A stretch of DNA of 63,249 bases, filler included, from Octopus bimaculoides (taxonomy: Eukaryota): the NCBI RefSeq assembly GCF_001194135.2. It is 8 parts of 7 records of this genome, joined end to end, with 100 filler letters (N's around TTAATTAATTAA, not from the genome) between each part and the next. Parts side by side here need not be neighbours in the genome. Positions count along the whole stretch, not along the records: positions 1 to 13,705 come from NC_068985.1; 7 more parts are not named here. The stretch is one strand, 5' to 3'. A program made the translations under genes and the position numbers. A model generated the notes under the pieces. The model was not told the DNA's origin. It was given only the letters and a program-made list of their open reading frames with translations, and made no database searches. Of this stretch, positions 1 through 11,149 are shown one piece after another (the stretch's first letter is position 1; every line of letters starts with the position of its first letter).

Positions 1-300
1 CCAGCAATGCCATTGTGCTTCAGGACCAGTTACTGCAACAGTTTGGGTTTCAGGGTCCCACTGCTTTTTAATATTCTCCCAAAGAGCCTGAGGAACCTGC
101 ACAAAGTAGATGTAGGCGTTTTTAAATCAAAGCTGGACCTCTTCCTGTCGAGAATCCCAGTTGAACCTACCTCACAGCAAGAGGTGCAAATGAGGGTAGC
201 TACATCAAACTCCATTCTTCACCAACTGCCACCGTAATAACAGTGTAGCAAAACGGCGGTGCATCAATATGGCCGCAGCTCAGCTAAAACTACAGAAAAC
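1..300 (+). mobile_element. 3' end of a CR1/L2-type LINE (RT C-terminal tail plus 3' UTR)
   Basis: ORF 7-237 reads LFNILPKSLRNL...VFKSKLDLFLSRIP.EP...SNSILHQ, a typical post-RT tail of CR1-group LINEs. It is followed by a short UTR and an A-rich end. Confidence 0.72.
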
Positions 301-331
301 AAAAATTATAACTATATATCTAAATATATAT

Positions 332-660
332 ATCATCATCATCATCATTTAATATCCGTTTTCTATGCTAGCATGGGTTGGACGATTTAACTGAGGACTG
401 GCGAACCAGATGGCTGCACCAGGCTCCAATCTGATCTGGCAGAGTTTCTACAGTTGGATGCCCTTCCTAACGCCGACCACTCCGAGAGTGTAGTAGGTGC
501 TTTTACGTGCCACCGGCATGAAGGCCAGTCAGTCGGTACTGGCAACGGCACGCTCAAATGGTGTTTTCTATATGCCACCTGCACAGGAGCCAGTTCAGCA
601 GCACTGGCAACGACCTCGCTCGAATGTTTTTTCATGTGTCACAGGCACAAGTGCCACTAA
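332..660 (-). mobile_element. RTE LINE 3' UTR fragment with (GAT)n tail
   Basis: catcatcat...ttctatgctagcatgggttggacg is the reverse complement of the 3' end of the RTE copy at 4303-5568. Confidence 0.8.
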
Positions 661-940
661 GGCAATGCTGTATAAATTTAGATAATAAGGGTGAAAAATT
701 GAATATTATTTTGATTAATATCAATTTAAAACCAGTGGCCTAGCATATTGAAAAATCTGAAGATTCAGAAAAATTATATTACATACATGTAAGAGGGATG
801 ACCACTAAGTGGACATCCATTATGCTAGAAGAAGACCGCCTATGGTCCGATCACTAAGGAAAGATTGTTGTCAAGAAAATTCAGCAAACGCCAGAACGTA
901 AGCGAGCAAGACAAATGAAAAGATACAAAATATAAAGATT

Positions 941-1002
941 AATCACAAACCCGGTTTCGTTGTTAGCACTTACGTAAATGTCTGCAACTCATTAGTGTGA
1001 TC
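941..1002 (-). ncRNA. Minimal type-I hammerhead ribozyme motif, core mutated (CUAAUGA)
   Basis: Minus strand reads gatcaca CTAATGA gttg..caac GAA accgggt T tgtgatt. It has a 7-bp stem I, an extended stem II and a near-palindromic stem III. G5 is changed to A. Confidence 0.6.
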
Positions 1003-1365
1003 GTCATAGCAACATAATTTGCAGAACTATACATGAGACATCCGCATGTTTTGTCTTAAATTCATACTGCGCCGTGAGGACCAAGGACTTGAGGTATTTC
1101 GTGTTGCAAGACAGTGTAGGAGAGAGAATAGTGATNNNNNNNNNNNNNNNNNNNNNNNNNNNNNNNNNNNNNNNNNNNNNNNNNNNNNNNNNNNNNNNNN
1201 NNNNNNNNNNNNNNNNNNNNNNNNNNNNNNNNNNNTATATATCTATATATATATATATCTATATATATATATCTATATATATATGAAAATTGAATTTGAT
1301 AAACTTTCAAGGAGCAACAGCTACTGATATCATCCATCCACCAAATTAATGGCAGAGAATTTTAC

Positions 1366-1466
1366 CATCTTGAAGGTTGTACCATTGTTACAAACAACAA
1401 GCCCCCAAAACCAACATTAAGTAACCTAGATTTTGAGTTGGTGATAACAGCAATGACTGCTGCTGA
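1366..1466. repeat. Local repeat A, copy 1 (structured)
   Basis: Shares catcttgaa, ccccaaaa, ttaagt.ac.tagat.ttgagttg.tga and actg.tgct with 2192-2314. Confidence 0.7.
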
Positions 1467-1611
1467 TCTAGATCTATCAATAATGATTCAATACAACAGT
1501 AATTATGAAAGCATATCAGATATACACAAGTGAAAATTACCTACATTCCCTTAATACAAAAATTGTCATGGAAATCCCGTTAAATTAATTTTGATAGTAA
1601 ATAATAAGTTT

Positions 1612-1708
1612 AGAATATAATCACTTTATAACAATGTCTATTCTGGACAGCCGTACTACATGCCTTCAGGTTTGCCCATAGAGACACAGCCATAAATGAC
1701 TATATTCT
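1612..1708. repeat. Hairpin repeat B, copy 1 (candidate structured ncRNA)
   Basis: Terminal agaatata/tatattct inverted repeat; core tactacatg..ttcag..tgcccatagagacacagcca. Confidence 0.75.
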
Positions 1709-1933
1709 TTCCCCAATAAAATTAGAGGTGTATATCTGAAGTATATAACACATTAATGAACTAGCCTAATTAAATGAATTAAAAAGAAAGAGGAAAGCAA
1801 CTAAAAAATTAACAAAAAAGCAGAAAGCAAGTAAGGCTGAAAGAAAAAATTAATAATGAAAGTTAAACTTACTTAAGTGCAATAGCGTATTAAAAATAGC
1901 TTTATTAATTAAATATTGAAATTAAAAAGTAAG

Positions 1934-2039
1934 TTGTAGAATATAAGCACTTTTGACTAATGCTTTTTCTGAATAGCCTTACTACATGACTTCAGTACTG
2001 CCCATAGAGACACAGCCAGAAATGTCTATATTCTATCAA
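1934..2039. repeat. Hairpin repeat B, copy 2
   Basis: Terminal tagaatata/tatattcta. The 20 nt tgcccatagagacacagcca are identical to copy 1. Confidence 0.75.
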
Positions 2040-2191
2040 GTGAATTTGGAAATTTAGAAAAAATAAAGATAAAATAAAGTTATTTTTTTATGCAAATTTA
2101 TTTTCTTGCAATTATTAATAAATTATATGCATTTTTATAAGCAAAAAAATATTGATTTTATAACAAGGAACAACAACTACAATATAACCAT

Positions 2192-2314
2192 CATCTTGAA
2201 TTTGCAACATGGCTCACCAAACGATAACAAATTGCAAAACCCCAAAATTTTCAGTGACCTGGCTCACCTTAAGTCACATAGATCTTGAGTTGATGAAAAT
2301 GATAACTGTTGCTA
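2192..2314. repeat. Local repeat A, copy 2 (structured)
   Basis: Homologous to 1366-1466. Stems gcaaca/tgttgc and cttaag/cttgag. Confidence 0.7.
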
Positions 2315-2424
2315 ATTGAAATGAAAAATAAGCACTTGTGTTATGTAATAAATTTAATTTAATTAACAATGGTCAATGACATAGTTTTAACTTCATTGTT
2401 AATGCATTTAAAATTAAAAGGAAT

Positions 2425-2520
2425 ATAAAATGTAATCACTTAATTGTGCTTTTCTGAACAACCCTACTACATGATTCAGTACTGCTCACAGAAACACAAT
2501 CACAAGTGGTTATATTTTAT
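2425..2520. repeat. Hairpin repeat B, copy 3
   Basis: 17-bp terminal stem 2425-2441/2504-2520, then attgtg/cacaat and tttctg/cagaaa. Same loop core tactacatgattcag. Confidence 0.75.
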
Positions 2521-3091
2521 TGTATAATTTAGGTTGTTTAAAGCAAAAATTAATATGAAGTTATTTATAAAAGTAAGTAATCCCCCAACCCACATCCCCC
2601 AAACCCTTCATTGGATTATTAAACAAACTTGTTTACTTTATTTTAAAATTGTAGTATTAAGAATCCCAATATTAAAGTAGATTAATTGTCAATAAAATTA
2701 TGAATGTGAAAGATTTATGAGTGTAAATTTTATTTTTTAATTGATATACAGAAACAATAAAAAAAATATTGCGACCTGACGAATATTATTCAACTACCAG
2801 TAGTTGAATGATATTAGGTGGAAGTGACATTTAAATTTATGACCACAAGGACAATAGTTTTAGCCTTTCATAATAACTGCATCCTATGTAATTAACTGTT
2901 GATATCTATGTTCTCTTTTTTAGTGTTATGATCATGATGATGATGTAGGAGTTGGTGATGATGATAATATTGATGGTTTTCATCTGCCTCATATTGCATA
3001 ATAATGAAGAGATTTGGTTATTTTCCCCCACTTTTTTAAAGAATTATTTGTTTAATCATTTGTTCTGTAATGATTGATGTGTCTAGTTTAA

Positions 3092-3301
<210 letters not shown>

Positions 3302-4302
3302 TAGTTTGAATGATTTTCTTGTTTTTTTATTTTCATTGTTTAATCATAGGAGTGAGGACTGTTTCTGGCCTAGATTTAATCTCCAAGACTATTGTCTGGA
3401 TGGTGGGATGGCACGAAAGACTTTGTTTCTTCAAATACAGTCCTCCATTTGGCAAGCTTTCGTATATTTTACATCTATGCAGCTTCACTAATAAGTTTGA
3501 GACAACCTGGGGTTATGTTGAAATGTATTCACACTCCCAGTTCCTACATTCCTCTCACTTCTACTTACCTTTTACTGTCAGAATCCATCTAGACACTTCA
3601 TCCTCACTTTTTATCTCTTCCCTACTCTATCCAGCTCACCCCAACCTACTTTTCTAAAACATGATGAATAGTCTTGTAGCTCCTTTAAAGGAGTACTCTG
3701 GCTCATTCTATCATACTTTAATCCCTCATCTCTTAGGATATAGCCTCCTCTTGTCAAGGTTCATAGTTTTGCAAGCTGCCTGGCAATCTCACTAGCTGTT
3801 GGCATAAAAAAGTACCTGGTACACACTGAAGTAGTTGGTATTAAGAAGGATATCCAACAATAGAAACCAGGCCAAAGGGGACACTGGATCATGATGCATT
3901 CCTTGGGTCTATCAGATCCTGTTAAACTGTACAGATACAGGGCCAATATATATTGTGGATGTATCATGATTTTGGCTGTCATTGTTATTATTTTGCTGGA
4001 TATCTGAAATATCAGATCTCCATAGCAACCAATACTTTGCAGAGGCAATTATTTCTTGAAGACTTTTGATGTTTGAAGTCAGCTCAACAGTTTCAACATA
4101 GTAACTGATTAATATTTTTCTCCTTGTCATTAGTCACTGATTTTAGGGGAAGGAAAGGCAGAATTCACTCCAGCAAACTTCTCTTTTAGATTCAAATGAA
4201 ATGTCTGGTGGCCAGAAATGTAAGTGCAAAAGAAAATAAAGTTAGGGTAAGCAACTAATGTTGAAAAGGGTGGCTATAGTGGAAATTTAAGATAATTAGT
4301 TA

Positions 4303-5568
4303 ATGAGACGTGTAGATTTGTGCTGCATCCAAGAACTATGGTGGAGAGGAAGTTCTGCTAGGTTCCTCACAAGCAAAGAACATAGGTGTAAGATTTTCTG
4401 GACAGGGAACACTAATGGGGTTGGGGGCATGGCTATACTTCTTGTGGAGAAATGGGTCAATAACGTAATCGAGGAAGTCAGAGTCTGCAATAGAATACTT
4501 AAGATTAGATTAGTCCTTTATCATGGGTTAGCAACCATTATCTCGGCCTATGCCCCTCAGCCAGGGCTACTTGATGAACAGAATGATTAATTTTATGACA
4601 CCCTTTTGCAGACTACCTTACGACGAATGACAGGGACCTTCTCTTTGTGGCTGGCGACTTCAATAGGCATGTTGGATAACATGCAGGGGGCTCTGCTGGT
4701 GACAAATAGCCTCTCACTCAGAGTAAAAGGTAGACTGTATGATGTATGTGTGCGAACAGTCATGCTACATGGCAGTGAAATATGGGCCGTGGCATGCATA
4801 AGTTTGCAAGGAATGAAGCTAGTATTATCCGCTGGATGTGAAATGTCAGTGTGCATGCATGACAGAGTGTAAGCGCCCTGAGAGAAAAGTTGGACATAAG
4901 AAGCATCAGATGTGGTGTGCAAGAGAGACGACTGCTCTAGTATGGTCATGTGTTGAGTATGGATGCAGACAGCTGTGTGAAAAAATGTCACACCCTAGCA
5001 GTAGAGGGAACCTGTGGAAGTGATAAATCTAGGAGGACAGGTCCTCCTAGATTAAGTGCTGAAGCACGACCTTCAAACGTTGGACCTCACGGAGGCGATG
5101 ACAAGTGACCGAGACCTTTGGAGATATGCTGTGCTTGAGAAGACCCAGCAAGCCAAGTGAGACCATAACCATGGCCTATGCCAGTGCAGCATGACTGGCC
5201 CATTTAAGAGTACCCTTCAATCATTGGGCAATAAACTGCACTTCCGAAGATCTGTTGAGTCAAGTGAAGTCATTATTGTGGCCGATGACAGTACTGCCTG
5301 ATTGGCTCCTGTGCTGGTGACACATAAAACGCACCATTCATGTGTGGTTGATGCCAGTGCTGCCTGACTGGTCTTGTGCCGGTGGCACATAAAAAGCACT
5401 CACTATACTCTCAGAGTGGTTGGCATTAGGGAGGGCATCCAGCTTTAGAAACTTTGCCAGATCAGATTGGAGCCTGGGGCAGCCTTCCGGCTTGCCAGCC
5501 CTCAGTTAAACCGTCCAACCCATGCCAGCATAGAAAGCAGACGTTAAATGATGATGATGATGATGATG
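4303..5568 (+). mobile_element. RTE-clade LINE, internally deleted (APE fragment joined to RT C-terminus) with 3' UTR and (GAT)n tail
   Basis: RRVDLCCIQE..., ISAYAPQPGL (endonuclease) jumps near 4690 to SLRVKGRLYDVCVRTVMLHGSE; ends acgttaaatgatgatgat. Confidence 0.88.
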
Positions 5569-5835
5569 TGCCTTAAAACTAATGTTTTGTAAATGTTGTT
5601 TAATCATCATCATTTTAATGTTTGCACGAGTCAGATGGAATTCATTGAGACAGATTTTCTATGGCAGGATGTCCTTCCTTTTACCATTCATCACCTGTTT
5701 CCAACAAGGTGATATTTTCCCATGGAATATTAGAAACATGAAACTGCTTATGTGATGGTGGCACTCATTTACAACTATTGCCAATGTTAAGACGAGGAGA
5801 CAAATTACACACACTTAGATATATGTGTGTGTGTT

Positions 5836-8470
5836 GTCATCATCATCATTATTTAATGTCCATTTTCCATGCTGACAAGGATTAGATAGCTTGACAGAAG
5901 CAACATTTGGTTCCATTGTTTTGGCATAGTTTCTACAGCTGGATGCCCTTCTTAACTCCAACCTCTTGACAGATTGTACTGGGTGCTTTTTATGTGGCAC
6001 TGGCATCAGCAAGGTCACCAAGTACCTTGCAGGACAAAACTCCATTAATCGGAAATGGATAATATTGAAGGAGTGCAGCTTTGTGCCAGTTGAAAGATTA
6101 AAGTTATAGAGAGACAGAGATAGGTGACTTGCTATAGAATAAATACATGGATACTCCAGTTGAAAAAGAAAGTAGGGTGAGTTAGAGAGTAAGATAAAGA
6201 GAGTGAGAGAAATGATGGCAAAGATGTGTTGGGACATGCCCTCAAATGACATGAGGATGGGGTATAGATGAGGTAATACAGGTTTGAACTGGGGGCATGA
6301 TCGAGGTGACTGTAACAAATGGAGAAAAATATTGGAGATGCTTGGGGTGGGGGTTGCAGTAGATGTGTGAGGGCATTTAGGGTCATCAATAGGTAAGTGA
6401 GGTATTAACAATGGAGAACAGCAGAGGAGAGAGAAAGCATAGAAAGGAGATGACTGGCGGAGACAGTAGGTGGGGAAAGAAAATGGAAGTGATTTGAAAG
6501 GCAGCTGAAAAAGCTGGGGGAGGTAGTATGTGCCTATTCTGCTCTCAGGTGATAGAGAAGTGATGAGTATTAGGGGGTGAAATGTAAGAGGAAAAGGTTG
6601 ACAAGGCAGAGGGGATGGCAGTAGTGGTAGGGCAGAGCCCATTGTCTTCTTCAATAGAGCAAGGTGCCAGTTATATCAGTCCTTTGTCATCTCCTTTATA
6701 AACCTCAGCGTCTTGAGATCGGCCTTCAGTACTTAGTCTCATATCTTCCTAGGTCTCCATTTTCCACAAGTTCCCTCCACTTTAAGTGACAGGACTTTAT
6801 GCAATTGTCTTCATCTATATGCATCTCGTGGTCATATCAGTGCAGTCTTCTCTCTTGCACACTATATCTAATTTCTCTTATGCTTAACTTTTTTTCTCAA
6901 TGCACTAATGCTCTGTCACTTTTGGACATTGATATTGCACATCCAGTGGAGTATATCAGTTTCGTTTCTCTAGTCTTCACACATCCTCTGGATTCAGGGC
7001 CCTGTGTCTCACTAGCATTGCTGTTTGTACACATGCATTATACAGTCTTTCCACTTGGCAAGAAAGAGAGAACTTTGGTTGCTAACAGAGGTGGAAGCTC
7101 TCTGAATTTTTTTCCATCCTATTCTTATTCTAACAGTTTCACTTTTGATACATCCTCCTCCACTACTAATTAGGTCACCTAGACCTAGGTAGTAGAAATT
7201 ATCCACCACCTCTTGAGAACCTCCAGGGCATTTGACAAAAATCAATTTTCTGTGTATCTCTAGTCTTTATGACTTGTGTACATCTTCCACCATACAAACA
7301 CTACTTTCTCATTTAACCTTCCTACTATTCCACTGTACGTCTTGTGTATCTGAAGTGAGCACTGGGTACACCGAATGGAATTCCTGTCTACATCTTTCCT
7401 ACATATCGAGCAGTGCCATTTACCTGAAGGAGTTAGAATCCTGTTTGTTTTCTTGTTTTTACTATGTTGTTGGTCTTTGCTTAGATAACTTTAAGGCATT
7501 TAAGTCAAGATTTTGCTTCCACAACTTTTCTAGTTCTATTACAGATTGTGCTATGAAAGTAAGATCATCAGCATATAATTGTTCCCAGGGACAGCTGGTC
7601 TTAACTTCCTCTGTTATGGCCCGGACGAGGAGGATGAATAGGAGGGGTCAGAGGATCATGATTTGGTGAACACCTACCTGTACCCTAAACTTGTCACTGT
7701 ACTCATGGTTAATTCTTATCTTACTAACAGACCCCTGTACATAGTCTGTACTGCTTTCACAAGTCATTCATCTACCCTTAGCTTCCTCAGAGACCACCAT
7801 ATCACATAGTGGGATATTCTGCAAAGGCTTTCTCCAGATCAACAAATGCAAAGTACAATGGCTTACTCTAAGCTCTAAATACTTCAATTGCTAAATATTT
7901 CTCTCCTTCATAGACAACCTAATTAACTACACAGGTAACTAAACCATATCCTACTCTGCCAGATATTTTTAAGCAGCTCAACAGTGATTCCTGATGGGTA
8001 TTGGGGAGAGCTTTTCCTATCTTCTTATCCTTAATTGCTTTATCAACTGAGTTACTGTTGGGTCCATACTAGGCACTCTCTCCTCCCTTGCATTCTCTAT
8101 ATTTAGCAACCTTTCATAGTGGCACTTCCATGCCTCTTTGCAGAATCACTAAGTGCAAGCATATCATTATCTGTCATAATACACTTCTCTCTCGCAACAT
8201 CTTGATTCTCTCTGACACTCTCTCTAGATATCTGGAACATCTCAAGTCTTTGATCTTCATGTTGTAAGACATTGGCAAACCTCTCCCTTTCTGTTCTTGT
8301 CCTTGTTAGATAAACCTGATGCAGCTATCTGATATGGTACTTTGCTACCCAGCCTTTTCCTGCAGAGTTGCTTCATTGCTGGTGATCACCTGTTCTAGGA
8401 CTTTGAAATAGTGACACTACAACCAGCCCTGATCAGCCCACCTTTCCATGCAGCCTCTGCGGTTGTGTCT
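5836..8470 (-). mobile_element. Degenerate RTE LINE (RT region to 3' tail)
   Basis: Minus-strand remnants such as EVVDNFYYLG..ISSGGGC..VRIRIGWKK; catcatcat tail at 5836. Confidence 0.75.
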
Positions 8471-8711
8471 TTGTCCTAATGGGTTGGATGGATTGACAAG
8501 AGAAGTACATTGGAAAGGCTGAAGAAAATAAAATAAATTATTTTCCTTAGCTTAGCGTTCATTTAAGTCGCAGCTTAACCACTTCAAAGTAAACTGATAC
8601 CATGCGCTAAATCCCTTCATGATACCCTGTGACCCATGAGAACACGAATATTTACGGATAGTAAAAGAAATCAAAATCAGTAAAAGAGGATTTTAGATTT
8701 TATATATATAT

Positions 8712-8922
8712 ACTAGCAGTATAACCCGACGTTGTCCGGGTGTGACTTATTACGCCATCTACGATAAGTCTTGCTAGGTGAAAATCAACTAAAAAAGAAA
8801 GTCTTACAATGAAAAACCCCTTATGATGTAAATATGTTCATAATTCAAACGATAAAATTAATAAGGAAAGTCTGAAGGCTGTTTTGTGTAACATTATTAA
8901 GTGTACGTAAATTTCATCCATC
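8712..8922. mobile_element. Helitron/Helentron-like non-autonomous terminus
   Basis: After (TA)n comes ACTAG followed by the short subterminal palindrome acccg-acgttgtc-cgggt. This pattern is typical of DINE/Lep1-like elements. Confidence 0.4.
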
Positions 8923-9637
8923 GGATCTTTTTTAAAACGGGGGCCACATTTTTCATTAATGTTTTACGTAGTGTTTTTGGTACTGAAAGACTTTCAAACT
9001 TCGTATACTTATCTATTTTGTGTTATAGAACAGAAAAATATTTTTGTATTCGAATTTATTTCATGTAAAAAATTGTCTTATTTCGATAATTTCAACCAAT
9101 CACTGACAAGTATTCAGTTGTTTATATTTACTCCTTTGGCTGATTAAGCCATAGCTTCGTTTTATTTNNNNNNNNNNNNNNNNNNNNNNNNNNNNNNNNN
9201 NNNNNNNNNNNNNNNNNNNNNNNNNNNNNNNNNNNNNNNNNNNNNNNNNNNNNNNNNNNNNNNNNNNNNNNNNNNNNNNNNNNNNNNNNNNNNNNNNNNN
9301 NNNNNNNNNNNNNNNNNNNNNNNNNNNNNNNNNNNNNNNNNNNNNNNNNNNNNNNNNNNNNNNNNNNNNNNNNNNNNNNNNNNNNNNNNNNNNNNNNNNN
9401 NNNNNNNNNNNNNNNNNNNNNNNNNNNNNNNNNNNNNNNNNNNNNNNNNNNNNNNNNNNNNAGTGATTGGTTGAAATTACAGAAATACGACAACTTTATC
9501 ATGGAATAACTTAGGGATTTCTTTTTTTTTAAGAAGACTAAGAGAAAAAGATGTTTTATATGACACATTCTACCAGTGTTCCAAGTTTCAAAGTGTTTCG
9601 TTAATGAAAAATGTGGCCCCCGTTTTAAAAAAGATCC
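8923..9637. mobile_element. MITE with GG..CC termini, 37-bp perfect TIR and 8-bp TSD (Merlin-like)
   Basis: TIRs 8923-8959 and 9601-9637, extending imperfectly to about 185 bp. TSD catccatc at 8915-8922 and 9638-9645. Centre lies in a gap. Confidence 0.85.
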
Positions 9638-10010
9638 CATCCATCTAATTGGCTATACAAATGCTTGTACAAAACAACTTTTTGCGCTGCCTTGATTATA
9701 CATAGCATGGTAATTCCTTTTCGCAGGAGGTAGGACGGTAATTTCTGATGAAGGAATTGCTGGCGATCTGTTGCTACACAGTTCTGCCAGAATTCTATCA
9801 GATTGGGCAGTAGATGATGATGCACCATTTTGCATTATGTTCAAAGTAGCTTCTGGAATGGGGTGAATTGCTGCAGTCTGTTGCTGTCTTTTTAAACCGG
9901 TTGCTTTCTTTCCCCAGCAAGCTCTCTTGTTTGGAGGCATAATCTATGTACATATTAAACAGAACAACAAAAGTTATAACAGATGGCAGGGTCGGAAGTT
10001 TTCACATTTT

Positions 10011-10158
10011 GGTAATTTTTCAGATTAACACCCACATGATTACGTAACCCTAACCCTAAAACTGTAACCGTAACGCTAACCCTCATCGTAACCCTAACCC
10101 TAACCGTAACCGTAACACCCTAGTGAAAATCGTGCGGGTGTTAATCTGAAAAATTACC
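10011..10158. mobile_element. 148-bp MITE with 31-bp TIRs enclosing (TAACCC)-like repeats (Merlin-like)
   Basis: TIRs match 29/31 and start GG. TSD cacatttt/cacatttg. Confidence 0.85.
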
Positions 10159-11149
10159 CACATTTGTAATGAAGTTCACTGATTTGCAATGTGTTGTCCA
10201 TAAGCTCCGTAGTTTGTATGTTTACAAAACATTGACGAACATGAGTTATCTTGTAGTGAATGCTTGTGTGTACTTGCGCGTGTATGTGTTTGAGAGAGCG
10301 AGAAAGAAGAGGGGGAGAGGAAAAGAAAGAGAGGGGGAGAAAGGAATAGAGAATGGGAGCAATAAAGAAAGAGAAAGAGAGGAAGGGAGAACGGAAGATG
10401 TTTCTATGTTATGAAAAATATATTAGAGGTAGAGGGATAGAAGAAAGCTATTAAATGGGAGAGAGGAAGAAGAATGAAGTAAGACTGAAAAGGTAGAAGG
10501 AAAGAATAGTCTTAAAGCAAGTTAATCTATGACTTTGTATGTATCACTTTCTCTCTCTCTCTCTTACTCTGTATATTATATGTTGAGCTCGTGATCGATG
10601 TGTAAGAACGCCGGTACAGGTAGAAAGGAAGAAATATAAAAGTTGCTAGAAACAACAGCCAAATCTCCCTTAAATCACACAAAGTAAACGGAATTTAAAA
10701 AATGTAATTACTGCACTGGAAAGTTCACATCGAGAAAATTCCATTGAGATAAAAATTTGTAGGAAAAAGTGGAAAATGTGGATTTCTATAAACTTTTAAA
10801 AAGGTTTCACACAGATACAGAACTTCAGCATTATATATTAAGATGGGCAACACACACACACACACACTAAATAAAAAAAATGACAGGTATTTGTATATAT
10901 GTATGTATTAATGTGTATTCTGTGTCTCTCTCTCTCTATATATATGGTAGTAAGTAAATGCGTTTTAAGAAAGATGATTAAAAAAATTCAGTTTGTAGAG
11001 AATAAATGTTTGACTGTCGATCGTATTTGGAAGAGACTGACAGGTATTTGTATGTATGTGTGTATTTGTACGTATGCATGTACGAGTGTGTATTCAAAAA
11101 CATCTATATTTACACTTTAAAGTTGGTTTTCACACTCAACCCTGTTCTG

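Noticed and set aside
3355-3447. gaggactgt/acagtcctc terminal stem just downstream of the TYMS donor (snoRNA-like size)
   Set aside because: No C/D or H/ACA boxes; a 9-bp inverted repeat at this spacing is expected by chance.
10045-10120. True telomere or chromosome-fusion scar
   Set aside because: The repeats are short, degenerate and enclosed by TIRs with a TSD, so they belong to a transposon.
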